Below are positions 1-11,000 of a stretch of DNA of 64,000 nt, piece after piece. This DNA comes from Candidatus Poribacteria bacterium (lineage in GTDB: Bacteria > Poribacteria > WGA-4E > PCPOR2b): contig OZ242351.1 of NCBI GenBank assembly GCA_965208675.1, positions 2,880,001 through 2,944,000 of the forward strand. Reading direction: 5' to 3'. The position numbers were made by a program, and so were the translations under genes. Positions within the stretch are counted from its first letter, which is position 1. Each line of letters begins with the position of its first letter. The notes beneath the pieces are model-generated. The model was not told where the DNA came from, did not search any database, and was given only the letters and a program-made list of their open reading frames with translations.

Positions 1-571
1 AGCCGGCCAACGCGGCGCCATGATGGGAGCCGGCGAGAAGGTCTTTCACGACGGCGACTATCAATGCGGAGTATTTAACGGTCCCGCCCGAAACCGAAAC
101 ATTGAGCAGGGCGAAATCTACATCGTTGATGCGTGGACCTGTTATCGAGGGTACTGGTCTGACCTCTCGCGCGCCTTCGTCGTCGGAGGTACGCCGACCG
201 ACCTCCAGCAGTCCGTGTACGACCACATTGCGTCGGTTCAGCGAGAAGTACCTGCACTCTTAACGCCGGGAACCGACGGCACAGAGGTGTGGCACGCACT
301 CGACGCGCAAATCCGCGAACACCCAGTGCTAGCGGATACCGGTTTAGTTCATCACGGAGGGCACGCCATCGGCCTGCGCGCCCATGAAATGCCAGACCTC
401 AACCGCGACCGCGGCGGCACGCTCGAAGTCGGCAATGTTGTCTCCGTGGAACCCGGAGGGTACGCGGACGCCCTGAACTACGGCGTGCGCATCGAAAATA
501 TGTACCTCATCACCGAGTCGGGAGCTGAGAATCTGTCCGAGTATCCGATGGAAATTGTTCCGCGCGCGTAA
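1..571 (+). CDS. M24 family metallopeptidase (Xaa-Pro aminopeptidase-like), 5' end probably outside the window
   Basis: Frame is open to the window edge. M24 motifs GYWSDLSR, GHAIGLRAHE, SVEPG, GVRIEN. Confidence 0.85.
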   Translation, partial: AGQRGAMMGAGEKVFHDGDYQCGVFNGPARNRNIEQGEIYIVDAWTCYRGYWSDLSRAFVVGGTPTDLQQSVYDHIASVQREVPALLTPGTDGTEVWHALDAQIREHPVLADTGLVHHGGHAIGLRAHEMPDLNRDRGGTLEVGNVVSVEPGGYADALNYGVRIENMYLITESGAENLSEYPMEIVPRA

Positions 572-592
572 GAATGTTGAAAGGATTACGCT

Positions 593-1954
593 ATGGCAAC
601 TGATCTTGCCCATCACATTCAAGGTACATCTCTCGTGGACACCCATGAACACCTGCGGAAGGAAAACGAGTGGGTGGAGAATGGACCCGATATCCTTCAA
701 GACCTTTTTGGAAACTATGTTGCCGCAGACCTACACACGGCTGGCGCGTCGCCCAAAGCCATGCAACGATTGTTGAGCATCAACGGGCCTTATTCTTATG
801 CAAACCCTTCAACGGGCGATACGCCAGAATTGATGAACCCGTCCGGCGGCGGAATCGCAGCGCGATTCGAGGATATCCGAGAGGCGTGGGAAGCGTCGCA
901 ATTCACCGGATACGGCGAGGCTGTGCGGCTCATCGCAAAGGAAGTGTACGGAATTGAAGAAATCACTGGCGAAAACCTCGCAGCCGCGCAAGAAAAACTT
1001 CAGGCGTTACGTCGCCCGGGTGAACGCTATCGGTTGCTGTACGAATTGGCTAATCTGGATCATGTCCAAATCGACGACTTCTGTTGGGCGTGCCTGCCCG
1101 ATCACTCCGGACCCGACTTCTTCCTGTACGATTTATCCTGGGTAGGGTTTTGCGAAGGACAGATCAATGCCGAGCAAATCTACGACGAAACCGGTGTAGA
1201 GGTGAGCGGCTTGGCGTCGCTGAGACAGGCGATGGAGGCAATTTTCGAAAAGTGGGCGCCGTGCGCAATCGCCGTAAAGTCGCAGCACGCCTACAGTCGA
1301 ACCCTTAGCTGGATCGAACGGGGCGATGCGGAAGCCGCCGCTGCCCTCAAAACCGTGTTGTGCCAACCCGCCGAAGAAGTGAGTGTCGAGACCCGCCTGT
1401 GCCTCGGCGATTGGTGTTGGGCACGCGGCGTCGAATTATCGACTGAGCACAACCTCCCGTTCAAGATTCATACCGGCTACTACGCCGGCAACGACCGCTT
1501 GCCCATAAGCCGTATTCCCGCCGGGAACATGTGCGCCCTATTCGCCCGCTATCCTGAGGTTAAATTTGTCCTGATGCACATCGCCTATCCCTACAGCGAT
1601 GAGTTGGTTGCGCTCGCGAAGCACTACCGCAACATCTGGGTGGATCTCTGCTGGGCGTGGAGCATCGATCCGTATACCTCACGCGACTTCTTACGCCGCT
1701 TCCTCCATGCGGTTCCGGTAAACAAGCTCTTCGCCTTCGGCGGGGATACCGGATGGCCCGCCGCAACCGTGGCTTACGCCATTCAAGCCCGCCGCGAAAT
1801 TCAACGCGCACTCGAAGCGGAAATTGACGAAGGGTACATGACCGAAAAGGATGCCATGGCGATTGCAACGCGCATCATGCGGAGCAACCAGTTCTCCTGC
1901 TTCGATGTCGAAGGCACCCGCAAAAATGTACGTAAGACGAACGCACTATTGTAG
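593..1954 (+). CDS. Amidohydrolase family protein
   Basis: DTHEH metal motif, KIHTG, LMHIAYPY, FGGD; AAAGGA RBS upstream. Confidence 0.8.
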   Translation: MATDLAHHIQGTSLVDTHEHLRKENEWVENGPDILQDLFGNYVAADLHTAGASPKAMQRLLSINGPYSYANPSTGDTPELMNPSGGGIAARFEDIREAWEASQFTGYGEAVRLIAKEVYGIEEITGENLAAAQEKLQALRRPGERYRLLYELANLDHVQIDDFCWACLPDHSGPDFFLYDLSWVGFCEGQINAEQIYDETGVEVSGLASLRQAMEAIFEKWAPCAIAVKSQHAYSRTLSWIERGDAEAAAALKTVLCQPAEEVSVETRLCLGDWCWARGVELSTEHNLPFKIHTGYYAGNDRLPISRIPAGNMCALFARYPEVKFVLMHIAYPYSDELVALAKHYRNIWVDLCWAWSIDPYTSRDFLRRFLHAVPVNKLFAFGGDTGWPAATVAYAIQARREIQRALEAEIDEGYMTEKDAMAIATRIMRSNQFSCFDVEGTRKNVRKTNALL

Positions 1955-2096
1955 GTGGGACATCTTGCCCCGCATGTTTCACATTGACGCCGCTAAATTC
2001 ATAAAGCCTCAAAGACCATTGTCACACGATACACCATTTGTAGACGGGACATCTTAACCCGCTACAGCCGCCGTAGGCGGGGCATCTCGCCCCGCA
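1951..2096. repeat. Cluster of GTAG-type REP-like palindromes
   Basis: gtaggtgggacatcttgccccgca, gtagacgggacatcttaacccg and gtaggcggggcatctcgccccgca. The reverse-complement unit recurs inside the repeats at 58786 and 61453. Confidence 0.65.
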
Positions 2097-2154
2097 CGCT
2101 TCTAATTTCTCCAATTTCAATCGAACAAATTTCTGATTTCCAACAGAGGAAAAT

Positions 2155-3219
2155 ATGCCAACATTTGCAGCCGATAATCTTAGAGAATTTTCAATAAACA
2201 TATTTGAGGGCGTCGGGGTGCCCCATACGGAAGCGGAGATCGTCAGCGATCATCTCATCGACGCAAGTTTAGCTGGACTAGATTCCCACGGCGTACTTCG
2301 TATCCCCCAATATGTCAACGCAATCCGAGTGGAGCACAGAATCTTGCCGGGCGCCAAGCTGGAAATCGTGCGAGACACACCATCCGGTTTGTTAATAAAC
2401 GGCAACTTCGGGTTCGGTCAGGTCGTGGCGCATGAGGCGATGGAATTGGCTATCCGTAAGGCGCGCCAGACGGCTATCTGCGCTGCCAGCGTATATAACT
2501 GTTTTCACACCGGGCGTCTCGGCAGTTATACGGAGATGGCAGCGAATCAAGGGTTAATCGGGATGATGATGGTGAATGCGGGTGGATGCGGACAGTGGGT
2601 TGCCCCGTTCGGCGGCATTGCCAAGCGTATCGGAACCAACCCAATCTCAATCGGCGTACCCACAGGTGAAGGCGATCCAGTCGTGGTGGACATCGCTACC
2701 AGCACTGCGCCCGAGGGAAAAATTCGCGCCCTGCACAACAAGGGCGCAAAAGTTCCAGAGGGGCTGATAATCGACCACGAGGGGCAGCCTGCGACGAATA
2801 CTGCCGATTTTTACGGACCTCCGGCGGGGGCTTTGCTCCCATTGGGCGGGGCTCTCGGATACAAAGGAACTGGACTCGGCCTCATCGTCGATATCATGGC
2901 GGGTGGCATCTCTGGTATCGGATGTTGCCGCCCTGACGCCCCGCAAGAACCCGATAGCGACGGCGTGTTCATGATTGCTATTGATATCCAGCAGTTCACG
3001 CCGTTGGAGGAGTTTTACCCTCGCGTTACGCAACTGGTTGAGCACGTCAAATCGTCGCCGCCTGCGCCGGGCTTCAGTGAAGTGCTCGTGCCCGGCGAAC
3101 CGGAGTCGCGCCAGAAAAAACACCGCACCGTACACGGCATCTCCGTCGATGAGACAACATGGAGTCAAATCCAAGAAATCGCCGACGGACTAGACCTCGC
3201 AAGCCCCAATCCCCTGTAA
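2155..3219 (+). CDS. Ldh_2 family (malate/L-lactate/ureidoglycolate-type) dehydrogenase
   Basis: GLDSHGV, HTGRLG, GTNPIS, DIATS, GYKGTGL and VLVPGEPE motifs. Confidence 0.9.
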   Translation: MPTFAADNLREFSINIFEGVGVPHTEAEIVSDHLIDASLAGLDSHGVLRIPQYVNAIRVEHRILPGAKLEIVRDTPSGLLINGNFGFGQVVAHEAMELAIRKARQTAICAASVYNCFHTGRLGSYTEMAANQGLIGMMMVNAGGCGQWVAPFGGIAKRIGTNPISIGVPTGEGDPVVVDIATSTAPEGKIRALHNKGAKVPEGLIIDHEGQPATNTADFYGPPAGALLPLGGALGYKGTGLGLIVDIMAGGISGIGCCRPDAPQEPDSDGVFMIAIDIQQFTPLEEFYPRVTQLVEHVKSSPPAPGFSEVLVPGEPESRQKKHRTVHGISVDETTWSQIQEIADGLDLASPNPL

Positions 3220-3360
3220 AACCAACCTTGACAATATCTGTGGGAGGGGCTTTCCAGCCACGATTTTCTAGACAAGCATATCCCTCTAAAAGATGAATTT
3301 GTCAACCGTAAATCCGAATTCAGCTAAATCCCATTTCAGGTGTATTGGAGATCGAATTTG

Positions 3361-5276
3361 ATGAAAGAGACACTGTGTTTCATAGTTAATCTTTTTGCCA
3401 TCGCCATTCTTTTACTGCAGAATAGCTTCGCACAAGATTACACGCGCCAGGGTTTACCTCAAGGCGCCATAGCACGCCTCGGTAAGGGTACGATAAGTGA
3501 CATTGCGTATTCACCCGACGGCGCTCAGCTAGCGGTGGCGAGCAGCATAGGAATCTGGCTCTATGATGCGCACACTGGGGCAGAAATTACCCTGCTTACT
3601 GGGCATACCGATGGCGTTGCGTGTGTGGCTTATTCCCCGGACGGTAGCACGCTCGCTAGCGGGAGTTTTGACACGACGATTCGGTTGTGGGATACGGAGA
3701 CCGGATGGTATAAGGCGACCCTTGAGGGGCATTCGGATTGGGTTAAATCCCTAGTATTCTCACGAGATGGCAGGATGCTTGCGAGTGGGAGTGCTGACAA
3801 TACAATTCGACTGTGGGATACGGCAACCGGATGGTGTAAGGGCACCCTGACAGGGCATACGGATAATGTCACTTCTGTGGTGTTTTCTCCAAATGGCATG
3901 ACGCTGGCGAGTGGGGATTGGGACGGCACGATTCGTGTATGGGTCGCCAAAACGGGCAAACACAAGAGGAGCCATGACGGAGGATATTCGATCTTTTCCC
4001 TTGTTTTCGCGCCAGATGGTCGGACTCTCGCCAGCGGGGGTCTTATGGAATTTGGTGACGATAAGACGACTATTTCATTGTGGGATGCTGCGACGGGACA
4101 ACACAAACAGTATATTGAAGGCCCTAGGTACTCCTGGGGCATTTCCATCGCATATTCTCCAGACGGTCGCACGCTAGCAAGTGGAGCTGGGAGCGGACCA
4201 ACTCGACTGTGGAATTCCACCGGGCAACACAAGCGGACACTTGAGACGGGGGATGTCAATTCCGTGGCGTTTTCACCGTATGGTGAGATGCTAGCCATTG
4301 TGGAAGACAGCAACACCATTCGGTTGTGGAGTGCCACCACCGGACGCCCCAAGCAGACCCTTGTAACGCATATGGGCGCGGTTAATTCGGTGACGTATTC
4401 CACAGATGGAAAGACGCTGGCGAGTGGGGGCGATGGCACGACCATTCGACTGTGGGACGCCACCACAGGACTACTCAAGCAGATTCTTGAGGGACATACG
4501 TATCGGATTGGTTCTGTAACGTATTCTCCGGGTGGAAGGACACTGGCCAGTGGGAGCGAGGACGATACCGTTCGATTGTGGGATGCTGTGACGGGTCAAC
4601 ACAGGGCCACGCTTGAAGGGCATAAATCTCCAATTGAATCTGTCGCGTTCTCTCCGGACGGAATCACGCTGGCGAGTGGAAGTAAGGACGGAACCATTCG
4701 GTTTGGGATACAACGACAGGACGACTCAGGTGGCCCCTTGTAGGGCACACTAGTTGGGTCACGTCTGTAGCATATTCTCCAGATGGAAGCACGCTTGCTA
4801 GCGGAGGCGATGACGATACGATACGGCTATGGGATGCCGTGACGGGACGCTCTAAGGCGATTGTCGGGCGGTTTTCTAGCCATACGGAGAAGATCACGTG
4901 CGTTGCGTATTCTCCAGATGGTCGGACGCTAGCGAGTGGGAGTTGGGACAAGACGATTCGGCTGTGGGATACCGTCACGGGACAACACATGCGGACCCTT
5001 GAAGGACATACGGGTCCTATTAACTCCTTGTCTTATTCTCCAGATGGTGGCACCGTTGCTAGTGGAAGTTTGAGTGGTTACAGGAATGATGACAATACGA
5101 TTCGGTTGTGGGACGCCGAGACCGGCAGGCACAAGGCTACCCTTGTGGGACATACGAATGCGGTCAATTCCGTGGCATATTCCGCAGATGGCAAGATACT
5201 AGCAAGCGGGAGTTCGGACGGAACAATTCTCCTATGGGATGTAGAGCCAACGGTCGGATCGCCGTCGTCGCGCTGA
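3361..5276 (+). pseudogene. Secreted WD40-repeat protein, split by a 1-nt deletion near 4703 (true frameshift or sequencing error)
   Basis: Signal peptide, GLPQGAIARLGKG, many GH...SPDG.TLASGS.D.TIRLWD repeats. At ~4700 cggtttgggat replaces the usual cggttgtgggat, and the repeats continue in the next frame to 5276. Confidence 0.85.
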
Positions 5277-5292
5277 ACTTAACGCAACTTTT

Positions 5293-5556
5293 GTAGGTTG
5301 GGTTAAGCGGGTTGCGCCAAAAAAATATCCATGGTAAAACAACGCCGCAAATACAAAACCACGCTCTTCACAAAATACATAAAGCGTAACCCAACGCTTT
5401 TCGTATAACCAAACCACCTCCACCCAACGACAAACTTCCGAATTACCAAAAACGTTGGGTTATGCTACCTCACATAGATTTGTTAACGCAATCAAACCAC
5501 GATAGGTTCGCGGTATAATCACGCGTTTCCCTAAACCCCGCTCAACCCAACCTACA
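5293..5556. repeat. REP/MITE-like element with GTAGGTTGGGTT terminal inverted repeats
   Basis: Starts gtaggttgggttaagcgg, ends ctcaacccaacctaca, with internal aacccaacg/cgttgggtt units. Relatives at 35031 and 58938. Confidence 0.75.
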
Positions 5557-5581
5557 AGAATTCGGTTTCTTACTCTAAAAA

Positions 5582-7936
5582 CTAATCCCTAACAACCAGC
5601 ATTCTGCTCGACGATCGCCCCTCGTCGTCAACGCAGGTCAATTGATGCCTCCCCGCAACGGGCGTTAAAAAAACCGGCTCATCGGGCGCCCCCTTAAAAA
5701 CCAACTCTCCATTCACAAACCAGAAAATCTGTTTCGTTCGATTGGACACGGACGCAGCTAAAAGCAGTTTTTGATATTCAAGTTCCACACCCGACCGAAT
5801 GAGGTATTCGCTGTCCTCTGACGGCGATCGAATGACGGGTCCTTGACCGGCAACGACCCCAACGCAATCTGGATTGTGCGGCGGAATCGGTTGAATCGCG
5901 TAGCCGTTTTTGCTCAACCATGTCCCGACCGCCGGATGCCACTCCTCAAAAACCGCCTGGTGGTAAGATCTCCCGATTCGGCAGTGTGAGCAGAGCGACG
6001 CTCCGGTTTCATTATCGATTGTAATTTGCTTGTGTACGCGGCACGGCGTGTTGGTAGAGCGGTTAACGATGTAATCGCCGGCTTTGGTAGTCGGACAGTT
6101 CGCCGACCTCACCATCCCGCTCAGGGCGCACACCTCTCGCGTGCTGACTTGATATGGGCGAGTATACCATCGGTTGGCAGCGGAGTTCGTCAGTCCATTG
6201 AACAGCGCAAATAGAATCGGCGCTGCAACTTCCGACCCGACGAGCGACGGCGCACCGTGCCCGTCGAAGTTTCCCACCCAAACCCCGATTGTGTATGACG
6301 GTGTGTACCCGACGCTCCAGGCATCTCTATGTCCGTAAGAGGTGCCCGTCTTCCAAGCGACTTTGGGGAGGTTTATTGACGCTTCATACGCGGTAGGCAA
6401 ATCCGGGCGGCGTACTTCCGTCAACATCTCGGTAAGAATGAAACTAGCGCCCCTGCTGAATAGCCGCTTCGTGGAAAAATTGGGTACCGTGTCTCCGCTC
6501 GATTTAATTAATTGATGCTGCTCAAATTCGCCAAGATTGGCGAGTCCGGCGTAGAGTGTTGTCAACTCCAGCAACGTAACCTCGCAACTACCCAAGATCA
6601 ACGACAATCCGTAGTGGGGCTTAGGTTCAGGCAGCGTAGAAACTCTAGCCCGTTTGAGAAAATCGTAGACGCTGTCATTTCCGAGTTGCGCGTATAGGTT
6701 AACGGCGGGTACGTTGAGCGAATGGGCGAGCGCCTCCCGTGCCGTCACATAGCCGCGGTAATCCCCATCATAGTTGACAGGGCTGAAGCCCAAGTAATCA
6801 ACGGGAACATCGTGTAAAAGGCTTTCCGGCGTGATTAATCCCCGCTCTAAGGCAAGCCCATAGATGAACGGCTTGAGCGCGGAACCTGGCGAACGCGGAG
6901 CCAGTGCACCGTTGACCTGCCCCTCGCTTGCGTAATCGAAGAAATCGTGCGAGCCGACCATCGCTAGCACTTCTCGGCTTGTCGTATCCATCACCACAAC
7001 GGCACCGGTTGTAATCTCCGCTCGCCTCATAGGTGCGAGATGTTCACGAAGTACGCGCGCTGAAAGTTGCTGAATTTCGGAATCGATCGTCGAATTGATT
7101 AGGTGTCCTCTGGAAGACTCTGTTTTCGCCAGCAGCCTGGTTAAGTGGGGTGCCTTAAACGGCATCGGGTAACGTTTCGTCGGAATTGACTCACTGGCGG
7201 CTTCTTGCATCTCACTCAAGCCGATTTTCCCAAATCTGCGCATCTGCCGCAGCACCTTCTTTCGTGCTGCCCGCGTGTTATCCGGATAAACATCCGGACG
7301 CAGATACGTCGGCGAATTCGGAATAGCAGCCAGCAGCGCGGCTTCCCCTAAACTGAGACCGTTCTGGGGTTTATTGAAATAGACGCGAGACGCCGCTGCA
7401 GACCCGACGATATTGCCGCCGTAGGGCGCCAAATTAAAGTAAATGGTCAATATTTCGTCTTTGGAGAAGGCAAGTTCAAGTTGGAGGGCGCGGAACATCT
7501 CAACCAACTTGTTCGGAACCGTACGCGCTTTCGGTTCCATCATGCGCGCAACCTGCATTGTTATGGTCGATCCACCTCGGACGATTTTCCCCGCCTTGAT
7601 GTTGTCGATTGCCGCTTGCAATATCGAGAACGGATTAATCCCGAAGTGACAGTAAAACCAGCGGTCTTCGTATGTCAACACCGCGGTTCGCAGCTTTGGC
7701 GAAATCTCATCCAAGGAGGGTTCGGGGATGTGCCACGACTCATCGGACGCGATGAAAGCCCGGAGCCATTCGCCGTTGCGGTCGAGAACTATGGTTGAAG
7801 CCGGCGGACGCAGCTTCTCCACAGGCAGCGGGAACAACCGATTCGCCAACTGGAACAGCACTAATGGAACGAGCACGGTTCCTGATATCAGATAGAGGCA
7901 GAATCGGACCCGTTTCGAATGTAGGTATCTGCGCAT
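5582..7936 (-). CDS. pbpC: Penicillin-binding protein 1C
   Basis: Transglycosylase EDRWF and GGSTITMQ, transpeptidase GSALKPF and KTGTS, C-terminal BiPBP_C-like domain; next to alpha-2-macroglobulin. Confidence 0.95.
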   Translation of the reverse strand: MRRYLHSKRVRFCLYLISGTVLVPLVLFQLANRLFPLPVEKLRPPASTIVLDRNGEWLRAFIASDESWHIPEPSLDEISPKLRTAVLTYEDRWFYCHFGINPFSILQAAIDNIKAGKIVRGGSTITMQVARMMEPKARTVPNKLVEMFRALQLELAFSKDEILTIYFNLAPYGGNIVGSAAASRVYFNKPQNGLSLGEAALLAAIPNSPTYLRPDVYPDNTRAARKKVLRQMRRFGKIGLSEMQEAASESIPTKRYPMPFKAPHLTRLLAKTESSRGHLINSTIDSEIQQLSARVLREHLAPMRRAEITTGAVVVMDTTSREVLAMVGSHDFFDYASEGQVNGALAPRSPGSALKPFIYGLALERGLITPESLLHDVPVDYLGFSPVNYDGDYRGYVTAREALAHSLNVPAVNLYAQLGNDSVYDFLKRARVSTLPEPKPHYGLSLILGSCEVTLLELTTLYAGLANLGEFEQHQLIKSSGDTVPNFSTKRLFSRGASFILTEMLTEVRRPDLPTAYEASINLPKVAWKTGTSYGHRDAWSVGYTPSYTIGVWVGNFDGHGAPSLVGSEVAAPILFALFNGLTNSAANRWYTRPYQVSTREVCALSGMVRSANCPTTKAGDYIVNRSTNTPCRVHKQITIDNETGASLCSHCRIGRSYHQAVFEEWHPAVGTWLSKNGYAIQPIPPHNPDCVGVVAGQGPVIRSPSEDSEYLIRSGVELEYQKLLLAASVSNRTKQIFWFVNGELVFKGAPDEPVFLTPVAGRHQLTCVDDEGRSSSRMLVVRD

Positions 7937-8008
7937 TTTAACCTTTGCTCAGGTAGTTTGACAATCACAGGCGAATAATGTTAACGTGACTCCACGTTCG
8001 TTCAAAAA

Positions 8009-11000
8009 TTACTCCACAACACGTATCCTCCCGCTCGATGCCACCGAAGATTTCGTTGGATCGTACATGGCTTCGGCAGCTACCGGCGGCAGTGCAAAAT
8101 CGCCGCGGGTCACGGCTCGAAGGGCATAGTAAAACTTCTGCTTCTTCTGGCGCGGGAATTTGCCGAAAAAGATGAGGCGGTCATCGCGGATATCCATATA
8201 GTCCGGTTGAAAGCCACTCTTGGAGATCCACGGCACCCCGGCACGTGACTCCAAGCGCGGATTCTCAATCTCAAAACCCGCCGGCAAGACATCTACCACA
8301 GCAACGTTTTCCAATGTATCGGTCAACGCCTTAATCGTAATCTCCGCAACGAGCAGGCCGCCGTGCTGAAAATTCCCGTCTTCTATCGGTACGCCGTTTT
8401 CAGAGAAATAGCTGCGCCTCACCTGCAGTTCATTGTCAAACTCCTGAATAGTTGAATCGGTCTGAACACCGAATGCCGTCCAATAATAGTAACAATTCCC
8501 GGTGCCCTCGACGTTCACCTGAACCTGCGCCCCGCCCCAGTTTTCGTTCGCAAATTGCTGTTCCGCGGCGTCGAAGTCTGCGAATTGCTCGCCGTTCAGC
8601 GCCACTGTACCGATGTAGTCGCTCTGCATCTGTGTTTTGAAGGTTTTGCCAAGTGCGAGAAAAGCGAACGCATTCTCCTGCGTCGTGTACCAGCGATTGT
8701 TGTTAGAAGCGGAATCGGCGAGTCGTTTAACAAGGTTCGGAATTGAAGGGTGATTTGGATTCACTTCTGCCAATACATCTAGCATTATGGCTTGCGCACG
8801 GACGGACGAGTTTAAGTTGCCCCCCGATTCGCGCACATCATCATCAGTTCGCGGGGCGACGGTAGTGGGAAGCATGGATAGGGCGGTGTTAAGGTCACCT
8901 GAGAGTGCAAAAGCGCCGGCAAGCTGAAACTGACTGTAATCGCTGAGTGAATCCAGACGGTTGTTCTTCAGGTAGACCATCGTGCTCTTTTCGGGGTGCC
9001 CCGCCGCGGCTAACACATAGCAGGCGTACGCAACGCGCTCCATTTCATGTCTGCCATCGCCGCCGCTCTGTTTTGCCTCATGCTTCAGCCCCTTCAACAT
9101 CGCATCGTAGACGCGGTCAGAAACCTGATACCCAGCCTTCCGCGCTTCAACCAAAAAGTGCGCGGCGTAGATGCTACCCCAATGGTGTGTGTGTGTCTCG
9201 CCGGGCCAATACGCAAAATAATTGGAGGGCAGAAGCATACTTTCAAGCTTTGCAATGCCCTCCATGATAAAATAATCTGAACCGCCGCTCTGGAACAGTT
9301 CTGGTTCAACCAAACGTGCAAACTCGTCGAAATAGAGCAGCGGAAAGACCATTGAGGTCGTCTGTTCGACACAACCGTGCGGATAGCTCAATAGATACTG
9401 TAAGCCACCCGCGAATTGCACCGCCGGGAAGGGCGAAATTGTGAAAGTATACACCGCTGTTCCTTCGATGAAGTTAGACGGGAAGGTAAAATCCGCCGGT
9501 TGACCCGCAGAGACCACTCCGTATCCTGTCAGCGTCACCGGCGGAGCCGCCGGGCGAAGCGGGAGGTGGGTCTCAATCTGGGCGCGCTCATCGTTGCCCG
9601 CTGCTGAGAGATTGAACCTAACTTCTCCCATCGCATCTGACGCCTCAAGATTGAATAAGACCTGCTTTTCTGTTTCAAGGTCGAGATGAACTGACTGCGT
9701 GCGGCTGCCGGTGATGTCAACAAACGCTGTCGCACTCAATTGGAGTTCAAAGTCCCCCGGCTTGCCGGTGCCGTTATAAATAGTAACGGGAACTTGGAAC
9801 CGGTCGCCGCCTGAGATAAACCGGGGAAAAGTCGGCGTCATTACAATCGGCTCGCGCACGCTGACAAACGCTTGCGCCGAACCGAATCGATCGCCGTCGA
9901 ACGCAACTGCCATCAAGCGTAACTGCCCGTTGAACGACGGCACATCAAACCGAACCACGCCCTTTCCGGCGGAATCCGTTTTGAGCAGGCCAGACCACAG
10001 CGAAACCGGCTTAATCCGTGTCACGCTAATAGTGCTAAGACGCTTTTTGCGCCCCGCTTCGATGCCATCACCGCCGCCCGTGCTCAAATCCCCTTTTGCA
10101 GCTTCTATCTCCGGCAAAATTGCGGAATACAGGTCATAGGACGCGGTGTCGAGTCCGCGCTGTTGGAAGAAGAAGCCATGCGGGTCGGGCGTCCGAAAAT
10201 CGGTCAACTGGAGAATGCCCTCGTCCACCGCCGCAATCGTGACATGCCTCGCACCGGAACCGCCTTTAACACGGAACCCAATCTCGACCGTCCGGTTCGG
10301 ACGAATTTTCTCTGGTGCATTGAGTTGAACCGCTAACCGCTTCGCCTCGCTATCAATCTTTAGCGGCGCAACGCCAAAAGCACGCGCCGGGGCGTGTCGT
10401 TCCAACGACTTCGTCGAACGGATGAGATTAGCAGAGATGTAGACGTTCGGTGTGTATTCAGCGCGAACCGGGATGTCAATTACGGCAGTATTTTCGTGCA
10501 GCATAACTGTCCGATAACTTAATGGGTTATCCCGCTCGATCGTTAGAATAAGTTTACCCGAGAAAGGCGCTTTAATCTGTGCCTTTGCGATTTCGCCCGG
10601 CTGGTACGTCGCTTTATCAAGGTCAATCTCTATACGGCCCGGTTGGTCCATCGCCCAAGGTGCGTAACCCCAGCCGGTGACGGTGAAGTTTGTTGATGTT
10701 GACGCACCGGATGCCAAGTCTCGTAGCTGCACCCGGTATTCCCCGTATTCGCCCGGTGAAAAGCCGATGGATTTGATACTGCCAGACGATGCCAACGGAT
10801 AGGATTCGACCAGGATCCCCTGCTTTTCTGAAACATATTTATAGCGTCCGCGATTATCGCGTTTAAGAATAGAGTTCCACTGAAGTTTGAAAAGTGTCAA
10901 CTCCAAAACCCGTCCCGGTGCAGGAATTCCCTCCTTGTCGAGGGCGATGTATTCAAACCGGGTCTCAGCGTTGATTTTTACATGCCCTTCCGATACCCTA

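Noticed and set aside
3630-4478. 282-aa antisense ORF with repeated PLASV motifs
   Set aside because: Shadow of the WD40 repeats on the opposite strand.
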